Assembly: GCA_031416315.1 (NCBI GenBank)
Contig: JANOTL010000210.1
Span: forward strand, 1 to 23,101
Source: Pseudomonadota bacterium
GTDB taxonomy: Bacteria; Bdellovibrionota_B; Oligoflexia; Oligoflexales; CAIYRB01
DNA: 23,101 nucleotides
Direction: 5' to 3'
This document shows positions 9,270 through 16,053 of the stretch, in pieces. The notes under the pieces are model-generated. The model was not told the DNA's origin. It saw only the letters and a program-made list of their open reading frames with translations, and searched no databases. A program made the translations under genes and the position numbers. Positions within the stretch are counted from its first letter, which is position 1. Each line of letters begins with the position of its first letter.

Positions 9270-10982
9270 ATGGACCCTACCTCGACCAATGCCGCGCCGC
9301 GTCGCATCGCCTATTTCTCCATGGAAATCGCGCTCGAGACCCGCCTCCCGACCTACTCGGGCGGCTTGGGCGTCTTGGCGGGCGACACCCTGCGCGCCGC
9401 GGCCGACCTGGGCCTGCCGGTTTGCGCCGTCTCGCTCCTTTACCGGAAGGGGTTCTTCCGCCAGCACTTGGACAGCCAAGGCCGGCAGACGGAGAGCCCG
9501 GTCGCCTGGAATCCCGACGCCGAGCTCGAGCCGCTCGGCACGACGGCGACGGTCGAGGTCGAGGGCCGTGCGGTGAAGCTCCGCGCCTACCGCTACCGGA
9601 TCCGCGGTGAGAAGGGCCACGAGGTCCCGGTCTACTTCCTCGATGCGCAGGCGGCGGAAAATTCTCACTACGACCAATCCCTGACCGACCACCTCTACGG
9701 CGGTGACGAGCGCTATCGACTTTGCCAGGAGGTCCTTCTTGGAATGGGCGGCGTCGCGATGCTCGCGGCGCTCGGCGAAGGCGGCCTCGACACCTACCAT
9801 ATGAACGAGGGGCACGCCGCCCTCCTGACCCTGGCTCTGGCGGAGAAGAAGAGCCCGGCCTACGCCAAGGACCATGCCGTTTTCACGACGCATACCCCGG
9901 TCGCCGCCGGCCACGATACCTTCCCAGCGGACCTCGTCGAGAAGGTCTTGGGCGTCAAGCGCACGCACACCCTAAAAGAGCTCGGCGGCTTTCACGAGGG
10001 CCGGCTCAACATGAGCCACCTCGCGATCAATCTCTCCCGCTACGTCAACGGCGTCGCCAAGCGCCACGCGGAGATCTCGCGTCGCATGTTCCCGGGCGTC
10101 AAGGTCGAGGCGATCACCAATGGCGTGCACGCGGTCAGCTGGACCGCTGACGCGATGCGCGCGCTCTTCGACAAGCACATGGGGGGCTGGCGCGAGGACA
10201 ACGACTACCTGCGCTACGCCGTGGAACTGCCGCTGGGCGAGCTCCGGGTCGCCCGCGCGGAGGCTAAACAGGCTTTGTTTAACGTCGTGAAGGCGCGCAC
10301 CGGCCACGTGCTGGACAAGGGCGTCTTCACCATCGGCTTCGCCCGTCGCGCCACCCCGTACAAGCGCGCCGACCTCCTGTTCGAGGACGCCGCGCGCCTG
10401 AAAAAGCTCGCCGAGCACCGGCCGCTCCAGATCGTCTTCGCCGGCAAGGCGCACCCGAAGGACCAGGGCGGCAAGGATCTGATCGAGCGCGTCCACGCCG
10501 GCGCCGAGGCGCTGAAGGGCGACCGCGCGCACGTGAAGATCGTCTACCTCGAGAACTACGACATGGATCTGGGGCGCTTGATCACGTCGGGCGTGGACCT
10601 TTGGCTCAACAATCCCCTGAAGCCTCTCGAAGCATCGGGCACCAGCGGCATGAAGGCGGCGATCAACGGTGTGCCGAGCCTGTCGACGCTCGACGGCTGG
10701 TGGGTCGAGGGCCAGGTCGAGGGGGTTACCGGCTGGGAGATCGACGATCCCGCCGACGGCTTCGGCGGCGTCGGCAAGACCGAGACGCCCGAGACGCGCA
10801 AGGCCGCCGCCGACTCGCTCTACGCCAAGCTCGAGACGAAGATCCTACCGATGTACTACGACCGCCCGGACGAGTTCGCCGCCGTCATGCGCAACGCCAT
10901 CTTCCTGAACGGCCCGTACTTCAACACCCACCGGATGGTCTTGCAGTACTTCATCCAGGCTTACACGCGCCGACAAGGCTAG
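9270..10982 (+). CDS. glgP: Alpha-glucan (glycogen/starch) phosphorylase, short type, GT35
   Basis: IAYFSMEI, YSGGLGVLAGD, HMNEGHAA, FTTHTPV, GFARRATPYKR, and PLP-lysine motif EASGTSGMKAAING. Confidence 0.95.
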   Translation: MDPTSTNAAPRRIAYFSMEIALETRLPTYSGGLGVLAGDTLRAAADLGLPVCAVSLLYRKGFFRQHLDSQGRQTESPVAWNPDAELEPLGTTATVEVEGRAVKLRAYRYRIRGEKGHEVPVYFLDAQAAENSHYDQSLTDHLYGGDERYRLCQEVLLGMGGVAMLAALGEGGLDTYHMNEGHAALLTLALAEKKSPAYAKDHAVFTTHTPVAAGHDTFPADLVEKVLGVKRTHTLKELGGFHEGRLNMSHLAINLSRYVNGVAKRHAEISRRMFPGVKVEAITNGVHAVSWTADAMRALFDKHMGGWREDNDYLRYAVELPLGELRVARAEAKQALFNVVKARTGHVLDKGVFTIGFARRATPYKRADLLFEDAARLKKLAEHRPLQIVFAGKAHPKDQGGKDLIERVHAGAEALKGDRAHVKIVYLENYDMDLGRLITSGVDLWLNNPLKPLEASGTSGMKAAINGVPSLSTLDGWWVEGQVEGVTGWEIDDPADGFGGVGKTETPETRKAAADSLYAKLETKILPMYYDRPDEFAAVMRNAIFLNGPYFNTHRMVLQYFIQAYTRRQG

Positions 10983-10986
10983 TGCC

Positions 10987-11091
10987 GTGAAACGTCGTCC
11001 CGAAAACGGCCACGGATCGCGCTCGCGCCTCGCGCCCGCGCTCGTGGCGGTGGGCGTTGTCGTGATCGTGGTCGTCGTCGCGCTCGGCTAG
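10987..11091 (+). CDS. 34-aa single-pass membrane peptide (not in the ORF track)
   Basis: GTG...TAG encodes MKRRPENGHGSRSRLAPALVAVGVVVIVVVVALG. AAGG at 10975-10978 lies 8 nt upstream. The hydrophobic half uses almost only G/C-ending codons. Confidence 0.55.
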   Translation: MKRRPENGHGSRSRLAPALVAVGVVVIVVVVALG

Positions 11092-11209
11092 GCTCCGCCT
11101 GCGAAGGTCGACGCCGCTTCCTCTTGCGGTGCTTCGACACCTTTGAATCATCTTTAATTTCAACCACCTACCTTTGCCTGGCGAAGCTGGACTGAGTTGT
11201 CGTGGTCGC

Positions 11210-11249
11210 AAAAGCGAAGGCCGCATCCCCTTGCAGGGATGCGGCCTCC
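11210..11249 (-). terminator. Second intrinsic terminator-like hairpin downstream of the basic microprotein gene
   Basis: Minus-strand RNA reads GGAGGCCGCAUCCCU-GCAA-GGGGAUGCGGCCUUC then GCUUUU: about a 15-bp stem with a GNRA tetraloop. Confidence 0.65.
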
Positions 11250-11259
11250 AACTGATCCG

Positions 11260-11296
11260 AAAAAAAACCGGCTGCCACGAGCTCTCTGGCAGCCGG
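11260..11296 (-). terminator. Rho-independent terminator of the basic microprotein gene
   Basis: 10-bp stem CCGGCTGCCA / TGGCAGCCGG (11268-11277 / 11287-11296), followed on the minus strand by U8 (A8 at 11260-11267). Confidence 0.85.
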
Positions 11297-11335
11297 CTGA
11301 AACGAATCAGTTTCTAGCCAAGAATCAGTAAAAAA

Positions 11336-11530
11336 TTACTTCTTCTTGGTGCGCTTTTTGCCGCCCGCTTTTTTCTTGCGAGCTTTTTTCGCGGTGCCCA
11401 TCGCGCCGTCGGCGGCCGCAGCCGTCTTCTTCTTGCGCTTGGACTTTTTCTTCGCGCCGCCGGCCGCAGCCGTCTTCTTCTTGCGCTTGCCGCCCGCTTT
11501 TTTCGCCGCTTTCTTTTTACGTTTAACCAA
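11336..11530 (-). CDS. 64-aa Lys/Ala-rich histone-H1-like basic microprotein
   Basis: 27 Lys and 5 Arg in 64 residues, with one acidic residue. GGAGGAG SD (11538-11544) sits 7 nt before the TTG start. It has its own promoter and terminators. Confidence 0.8.
   Translation of the reverse strand: MVKRKKKAAKKAGGKRKKKTAAAGGAKKKSKRKKKTAAAADGAMGTAKKARKKKAGGKKRTKKK
11413..11489. repeat. 29-bp exact direct repeat, 48-bp period, inside the microprotein gene (KRKKKTAAA x2)
   Basis: CGGCCGCAGCCGTCTTCTTCTTGCGCTTG at 11413-11441 and 11461-11489. Confidence 0.95.
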
Positions 11531-11672
11531 GGCTCATCTCCTCCATACACGTTTTAAAGTGGACCCCAACGATTAGGGCACTCACCTCTGGCCGCAGGAA
11601 CCGTCCGCGCTTTCGCGGTTGACTCGGCGTCGGTTCATCGCCGCTCTGGCGTCGCGCATCACGCGCGTCTCG
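11531..11672 (-). promoter_or_regulatory. Putative structured 5' leader (~140 nt) of the microprotein gene
   Basis: Successive stems on the minus RNA: CGCGCG/UGCGCG, CGCC/GGCG, GAACC/GGUUC enclosing GAC/GUC and a GAAA-tetraloop hairpin, then GCCCUAA/UUGGGGU. Confidence 0.4.
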
Positions 11673-11678
11673 TTGTTG

Positions 11679-11718
11679 ATGATAACACACGTTGCGCGAC
11701 GACCTTAATATTTTTTTA
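11679..11718 (-). promoter_or_regulatory. Putative sigma70 extended -10 promoter with AT-rich UP-like tract
   Basis: Minus strand TG-T-TATCAT (11679-11687), weak -35 TTAAGG at 18 nt, and TAAAAAAATATT directly upstream. Confidence 0.5.
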
Positions 11719-12047
11719 CCGAATCTGGATTTCGAATTCAAATTTTTCCGGCCGCGCGCTCCGCGCGTCGCCTTCGCAATGTGCGCGCGCGTCGCGCGCG
11801 GAATTGCGCAAACCCTTGGGGCAGTAATGTTGCGCGCGTTCGGCGCGCGCCGCCGCACGGCGACTCGAATGCATGCGTACGCATCGGTCGGTCGCCGAAA
11901 AAAAATTAACGGCGCGCCGACTCGCAAAGCGGCGCGCAGGGGGGTGCGCGGCCTCGCGGAGCCGCTGAATCGTCCGAAAATCCAGCGATTCAAAATCCGT
12001 GAAACACTAGTGCCCCAGCGGTTTGCGCCATCAGCGCGCCGCCGGAT

Positions 12048-13259
12048 TCAGTAGCGGTATGCGAGTCCGAGACGCGCTTGCGCGAATCGGGCGGTCGACC
12101 CGCTCTCGTTGCGGCAATGGGTCACCGCCGGACAGTCGACGACCATCGTCAAGGTGTCGGAGCGCGCCGCGATCGCCAACTCGGTCGCGAGCGCCGGCAC
12201 GAAGGAGTACCGCCATGCGATCTCGGCGCCGGTCGTTTTCGTCTTGTTGGACTTGCCGAAGGACACCGGCATGTATTCCAGAAGAGCCACCAGCTGATGC
12301 GCGTCAAACGGGGAGGTGCCGAGCGCGACGATGAGGCTCGGACCGACCGCGTTCTGAGCCTTCAGGTCGCCCGCGCCAGTCGTGTTGTTGGTGATCTCGA
12401 GCGCCGGAACCTTGAGGTAGCGGAGCGCAAGCCCGATGCCGACGACGCCGTCTTTGGGCGCGAGAAAATCGTAAAAGACGCCCGCCCGGACCGCGAGTCT
12501 CAGGAACTTAGAGTCGCGCTTCGTCTCGACCCCGGTGCCCTCGTCCTTCTCGGTCGTCTCGGTGCCGAAGTTGTGCGCGTCGATCGCGAAGTCGTAGCCG
12601 AGGGGGGAGTCCACCGAGAGGTGCGTCGCAGAGAGGATCGTGCCGCCGATGCCGGTCTCGCCGGCGTAAGCGCTGATGCCCCCCTCGGCGTCGAGATATT
12701 CTTTACCCAGGCCAAGAGTCAAAGAGACGACCGACGGGCGTAGGGCTTCGCCGTCAGCGACCGGGGTCGACTTCGGCTCCGGCGGCGGTTCCGCGACGGG
12801 CTCCGACTCCGACTCCGGCGCGGGCTCCGCGGCCGGCTGGGGCGCCGGCTCCGGCTCCGGCGCGGGTTCCGGCGCGGGCTCCGGAAGCGGCTCCGAATCC
12901 GGTTCCGGAGCCGGTTCGGGCGCTGGCTCACGCGCCGGGCCCGGCGTCGGCGGGAGCTTCGAGGCAGAGTTCGCGCGCGCCTCGTGCATGACGCTCGACT
13001 CGCCCGCGGAGACGCGGCCTAGCGCGCGCCCGCCGGCGCCGACCGCGTCGAGCTCGACCGCGCAGACCCCGGGGCACAGGATCCAATTGGACTCCGTGCG
13101 CACGTGATACAGCTTGCCGTCGCGCGCGAGCATCCCGTCGTAGCTCTCGGCTCCCGCCTTAGGCTCCCACTGGAGACGGTCGGCGGTGGCACTGCCGCTG
13201 GCGACGATCAACGCGAGGGCGAGCGTCGGCGGCAGGATGGAGCGGCGGCAAAAATTCAT
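12048..13259 (-). CDS. Exported protein: small FN3-like N-domain, Pro/Glu/Ala linker, C-terminal outer-membrane beta-barrel
   Basis: Signal peptide, then [13 protein letters not shown] (PEPA)n linker spans about 12770-12955. Amphipathic strands end in ARLGLAYRY with a terminal aromatic residue (BAM beta-signal-like). Confidence 0.7.
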   Translation of the reverse strand: MNFCRRSILPPTLALALIVASGSATADRLQWEPKAGAESYDGMLARDGKLYHVRTESNWILCPGVCAVELDAVGAGGRALGRVSAGESSVMHEARANSASKLPPTPGPAREPAPEPAPEPDSEPLPEPAPEPAPEPEPAPQPAAEPAPESESEPVAEPPPEPKSTPVADGEALRPSVVSLTLGLGKEYLDAEGGISAYAGETGIGGTILSATHLSVDSPLGYDFAIDAHNFGTETTEKDEGTGVETKRDSKFLRLAVRAGVFYDFLAPKDGVVGIGLALRYLKVPALEITNNTTGAGDLKAQNAVGPSLIVALGTSPFDAHQLVALLEYMPVSFGKSNKTKTTGAEIAWRYSFVPALATELAIAARSDTLTMVVDCPAVTHCRNESGSTARFAQARLGLAYRY

Positions 13260-13333
13260 CGCGGGACGCCTGATGACAATAGGGGAGTGTGGACTCCCCC
13301 ATTATTGGGTCAAGGTCCCGCGTTCCGCAACCG
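13260..13333. repeat. Dispersed hairpin element, copy 1 (44-nt hairpin insert)
   Basis: CGCGGGACGC (13260-13269) ... GGTCCCGCGTTCCGCAACCG (13314-13333), matching 22979-23016. Confidence 0.7.
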
Positions 13334-13336
13334 GAC

Positions 13337-13672
13337 TCAGCGGAGGCAGCCGGCTTCCACGAAGATGTCTTCGAGCTTGTCGGACGGGTTCACGGTCACG
13401 AGACCGTACCGGAACATGTCCTGCTTGCCGAAGTCGGGCTGACCCCAAGCGACGGTGAGCGGCACCTCGTGACCACCTTTCAGGACGAGCGTCATCGCGG
13501 TGCCGGGCTCGATCTCCTTCGAGATCACGATGCCCATGCCGTTCGCGGACACGTCCACGGGCTTGCCGTCGACGTCGATCTTGGTCGCCTCGAAAATCAG
13601 GCGACCGGGCATGAGCCCCGTCAGCTTGCGACGAATCGACAACCGCTTCTCTTTGAACAAAGCCAAACCCAT
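13337..13672 (-). CDS. Stand-alone PilZ-domain protein (c-di-GMP receptor)
   Basis: RxxxR (RLSIR) and DxSxxG (DVSANG) motifs. AGGAGG SD at 13680-13685. Confidence 0.85.
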   Translation of the reverse strand: MGLALFKEKRLSIRRKLTGLMPGRLIFEATKIDVDGKPVDVSANGMGIVISKEIEPGTAMTLVLKGGHEVPLTVAWGQPDFGKQDMFRYGLVTVNPSDKLEDIFVEAGCLR

Positions 13673-13732
13673 GAACCGACCTCCTAAGGGGCCTTCGCGC
13701 GCACTCTGTCTGCAAGTTGCTCTCTTGATCCA

Positions 13733-13759
13733 TGTTCGGCGTCTAACGAATAATCCTGA
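13733..13759 (-). promoter_or_regulatory. Putative sigma28 (FliA)-type promoter for the PilZ gene
   Basis: Minus strand TCAG-N15-GCCGAACA versus consensus TAAA-N15-GCCGATAA. Confidence 0.45.
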
Positions 13760-13781
13760 GAAATGCTGGATTCGCTAGACA

Positions 13782-14936
13782 CTATGAGGGCTTGCGTGCG
13801 CCATTTAACAGGCGCCGGAACACCGCGGCGAAGCTCTCGGCCAGGCGCTCGTTCGTGTAGAGCGCGCGGACGCGTCTGGCGCCTTCGGCGCGCAAGTTGG
13901 CGGCGAGCTCGCCGTCCTGCATCACGCGCGTCAGCACGCCTCCCAGCGCCCCAGAATCGCCCTCGGGAAAGGTGAGTCCCGCCGCGCCGATCACGTGCGG
14001 AATCTCGCCCGAGCTCGAGCCGACCGGGATCGCCTCGGCCGCCATCGCCTCGACGAGGATGCGGCCGAACTGCTCTTTCCAATTCTCGCGGGTTCGGGAC
14101 GGCAAGCAGAGCACGTCGACGGCGCGCAGGTAACGGGCGACGTCGCGTGACGGCACGTGCGCCACGAAGCGGCAGCGCGGACCGAGCGGACGCGCGGTCT
14201 CGAGGAGCGCCCGACGCTCCGGTCCGTCGCCGAGAACGAGGAGCTGGGCTGCGGCCAAAGCCGGCGTCTCTTGCAAGGCTCGCAGGAGGTCGGAGACCCC
14301 CTTTTCGGCGACCAAGCGGCCCGCGAAGAGGATGATGAAACGCTCCGGATCGAGCCCGAGCTCTTGCTTCGCCGCGCGCCGCGCCGCCGTGCCGCTCGCC
14401 TTCGGCGCGAAGTGCTCGAGCTCGACGCCCATCTGCGGGATCTCGGCGATCAGGCCGCCGTACCCCTTGGCGCGCAGGATCTCGGCCGCCTCGTGATTGC
14501 CGCAGATGCCGGCCTCGGCGCGGGCGAGGACGTAGGCCTCGGTCCAAGAGAACGGCGGCGGATACGTCTTCGCGATGTTTTGCCAGGTGTAGAACGCGCT
14601 CGGGATGCCGAGTCGTCGGGCGATGCGCAGCGCCTGAAACGTGACGAGGGAGTAGTGCTCCTCCTCGATGTTGAGCAGATCGGGGCGGAAGCTCCCGATC
14701 GCCCCCTCGAGGCCGCGGTAGAGGTGGAAATGATTCCGCCCGTTGAGGACGATCGGCAGGACTTTCGTCCAGAGGGGCGGCGTCCCAGGCGGGTCGGCCT
14801 CGTGCGCCTGCGAGCCCCAGGCAGGTGGGCAAATGAGACCTACCTCAAATTCACCAAGCGCGGCGATGGCCTGCAGCTTGTGACGGTAGGCGCTGGCCAC
14901 GTAGGGCTTCGACAGGGTGAGGATTCGAGGTCGCAT
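13782..14936 (-). CDS. Glycosyltransferase family 4 (GT-B)
   Basis: FAGRLVAEKGV and ExxxxxxxE motif WKEQFGRILVEAMAA. GT4 N-terminus MRPRILTLSKPY starts at ATG 14936. Confidence 0.92.
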   Translation of the reverse strand: MRPRILTLSKPYVASAYRHKLQAIAALGEFEVGLICPPAWGSQAHEADPPGTPPLWTKVLPIVLNGRNHFHLYRGLEGAIGSFRPDLLNIEEEHYSLVTFQALRIARRLGIPSAFYTWQNIAKTYPPPFSWTEAYVLARAEAGICGNHEAAEILRAKGYGGLIAEIPQMGVELEHFAPKASGTAARRAAKQELGLDPERFIILFAGRLVAEKGVSDLLRALQETPALAAAQLLVLGDGPERRALLETARPLGPRCRFVAHVPSRDVARYLRAVDVLCLPSRTRENWKEQFGRILVEAMAAEAIPVGSSSGEIPHVIGAAGLTFPEGDSGALGGVLTRVMQDGELAANLRAEGARRVRALYTNERLAESFAAVFRRLLNGARKPS

Positions 14937-14947
14937 CGCTGGTGTCG

Positions 14948-14954
14948 TATAATA
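14948..14954. promoter_or_regulatory. Overlapping divergent -10 hexamers
   Basis: TATAAT on + (14948-14953) and TATTAT on - (14949-14954), in the 64-bp gap between the GT4 and ImmA-like genes. Confidence 0.55.
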
Positions 14955-15000
14955 GAAGGTGCCGCTTCGCCTACCTGAGACCGAACCAAGGAGGGCTCCG

Positions 15001-15954
15001 ATGATCGCCATTTTCCCGGAGACTCTCGCGCTCGCCAAGTCCGGCGACGTCGAGCGCCTAGCCGTCGCCGCGCGCCGCTATTTCGAGCGTGGCGCGCCGA
15101 CGCCGAAGCCCAGCATGCACGGGCTCCTCGCGAAGGCCGGCTTGGCCATCGGCCAGCTTCCCGGCGCCGCGCGCAAAGACGGCGACGAGCTCGCCGCCCT
15201 GGTCGCGAAAGATCACGCCGGCGCCTTTCGCATCGCCGCGCTGATTGCGCCCGACCTAGATCCTATTCGGGAGCGCTTCCTCCTCGCGCACCTCCTAGGC
15301 CACTATCTCCTGGACGTTCTCCCACTGATTGCTGCCGGCGACTACGCGAGCGGCGGCTACCGCGAGACGACCTGTCCCCTCCGTCGCTACGCGCTCACTG
15401 ACGCGGTCGGCGCCAAGTCGAACCCGGAGGAGCGCCGCGAGCGGCGGGCCGATGCCTTCGCCGCGGCCCTCCTGATGCCGCGCGGCATGCTGCGGAAGGC
15501 TTTCGAGAGCATGCACGGCGACGTCGCACGCGCCGCCGCCTTCTTCGGTGTCTCCAAGGCCGCCCTCGAGCGCCGCTTATCCGAGATCGGCGCGCAGGAC
15601 GCCGCTCAGACCAAGCCCACCAGCTTTCTCGAAGCCGAAAGCCTCCTCGCCGGCGCGAACGCCGCGCACGAGCAAGTCGTTCGCGACCCCGAGTCCCGCG
15701 ACGCGCCCTCGAACGGTCCGAGCATGCCCCGAAGCTACGCCGCGTCGACGTACGGCAATACGGAGCGGCGGACGGGGAAAGTCGTCAAGGCGTCGGACCC
15801 GGCAGCGAAGGCGGCCGAGCCGCTGGCGAAGCGGGCCGCAAAGCCCTCGCCCGCCGCCCCCGGCGAGGCGCCGGCGCCGACGGAGAACGAGAAGCAGGGC
15901 ATGGCGCGGCTGCGCGAGATCGCGCGGCGGTTGGACAAGAACGTGCCGAAGTAG
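15001..15954 (+). CDS. ImmA/IrrE (peptidase M78/DUF955)-family protein with degenerate zinc motif and low-complexity C-terminal tail
   Basis: ERFLLAHLLGHYLL (canonical RFTLAHELGH), ERRADAFAAALLMP, and HTH-like AAFFGVSKAALERRL. AAGGAGGG SD at 14988-14995 supports ATG 15001. Confidence 0.85.
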   Translation: MIAIFPETLALAKSGDVERLAVAARRYFERGAPTPKPSMHGLLAKAGLAIGQLPGAARKDGDELAALVAKDHAGAFRIAALIAPDLDPIRERFLLAHLLGHYLLDVLPLIAAGDYASGGYRETTCPLRRYALTDAVGAKSNPEERRERRADAFAAALLMPRGMLRKAFESMHGDVARAAAFFGVSKAALERRLSEIGAQDAAQTKPTSFLEAESLLAGANAAHEQVVRDPESRDAPSNGPSMPRSYAASTYGNTERRTGKVVKASDPAAKAAEPLAKRAAKPSPAAPGEAPAPTENEKQGMARLREIARRLDKNVPK

Positions 15955-15957
15955 GGC

Positions 15958-16053
15958 GGAAGTCGTTTTACCCGCAGAGAACGCCGAGGACGCAGAGGGC
16001 TTCTTTAGAAACCCCTCTGCATCCTCGGCGTTCTTTGCGGTAAAACAACTTCC
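15958..16053. repeat. 96-bp imperfect palindrome (REP/MITE-like) with internal 9-bp tandem units
   Basis: Left arm GGAAGTCGTTTTACCCGCAGAGAACGCCGAGGACGCAGAGGGCTTCT; reverse complement of right arm GGAAGTTGTTTTACCGCAAAGAACGCCGAGGATGCAGAGGGGTTTCT. Confidence 0.9.

Noticed and set aside
10979..11167. 62-aa Arg-rich minus ORF resembling a protamine beside the histone-like gene
   Set aside because: Much of its Arg/Pro content is the antisense shadow of the Val/Ala codons of the 34-aa plus-strand peptide and of a hairpin. It also lies beyond two terminators. Not fully excluded.
11575..11635. c-di-GMP-I riboswitch or hammerhead ribozyme in the leader
   Set aside because: Only the GAAA hairpin matches. 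The GCAAAGC core and CUGANGA are absent.
11523..11993. 156-aa minus ORF and 120-aa plus ORF (11692-12054) across the long intergenic region
   Set aside because: Arg/Ala-rich, with no motif, no SD and atypical codon use; they cross promoter-like and palindromic elements.
12770..12955. Tandem GGCTCC/GGTTCC-type repeats
   Set aside because: Explained by the PEPA protein linker; not CRISPR or a non-coding array.
14937..15038. Longer overlapping starts for GT4 (15038) and the ImmA-like gene (14959)
   Set aside because: The SD and domain boundaries support 14936 and 15001, leaving a promoter gap.
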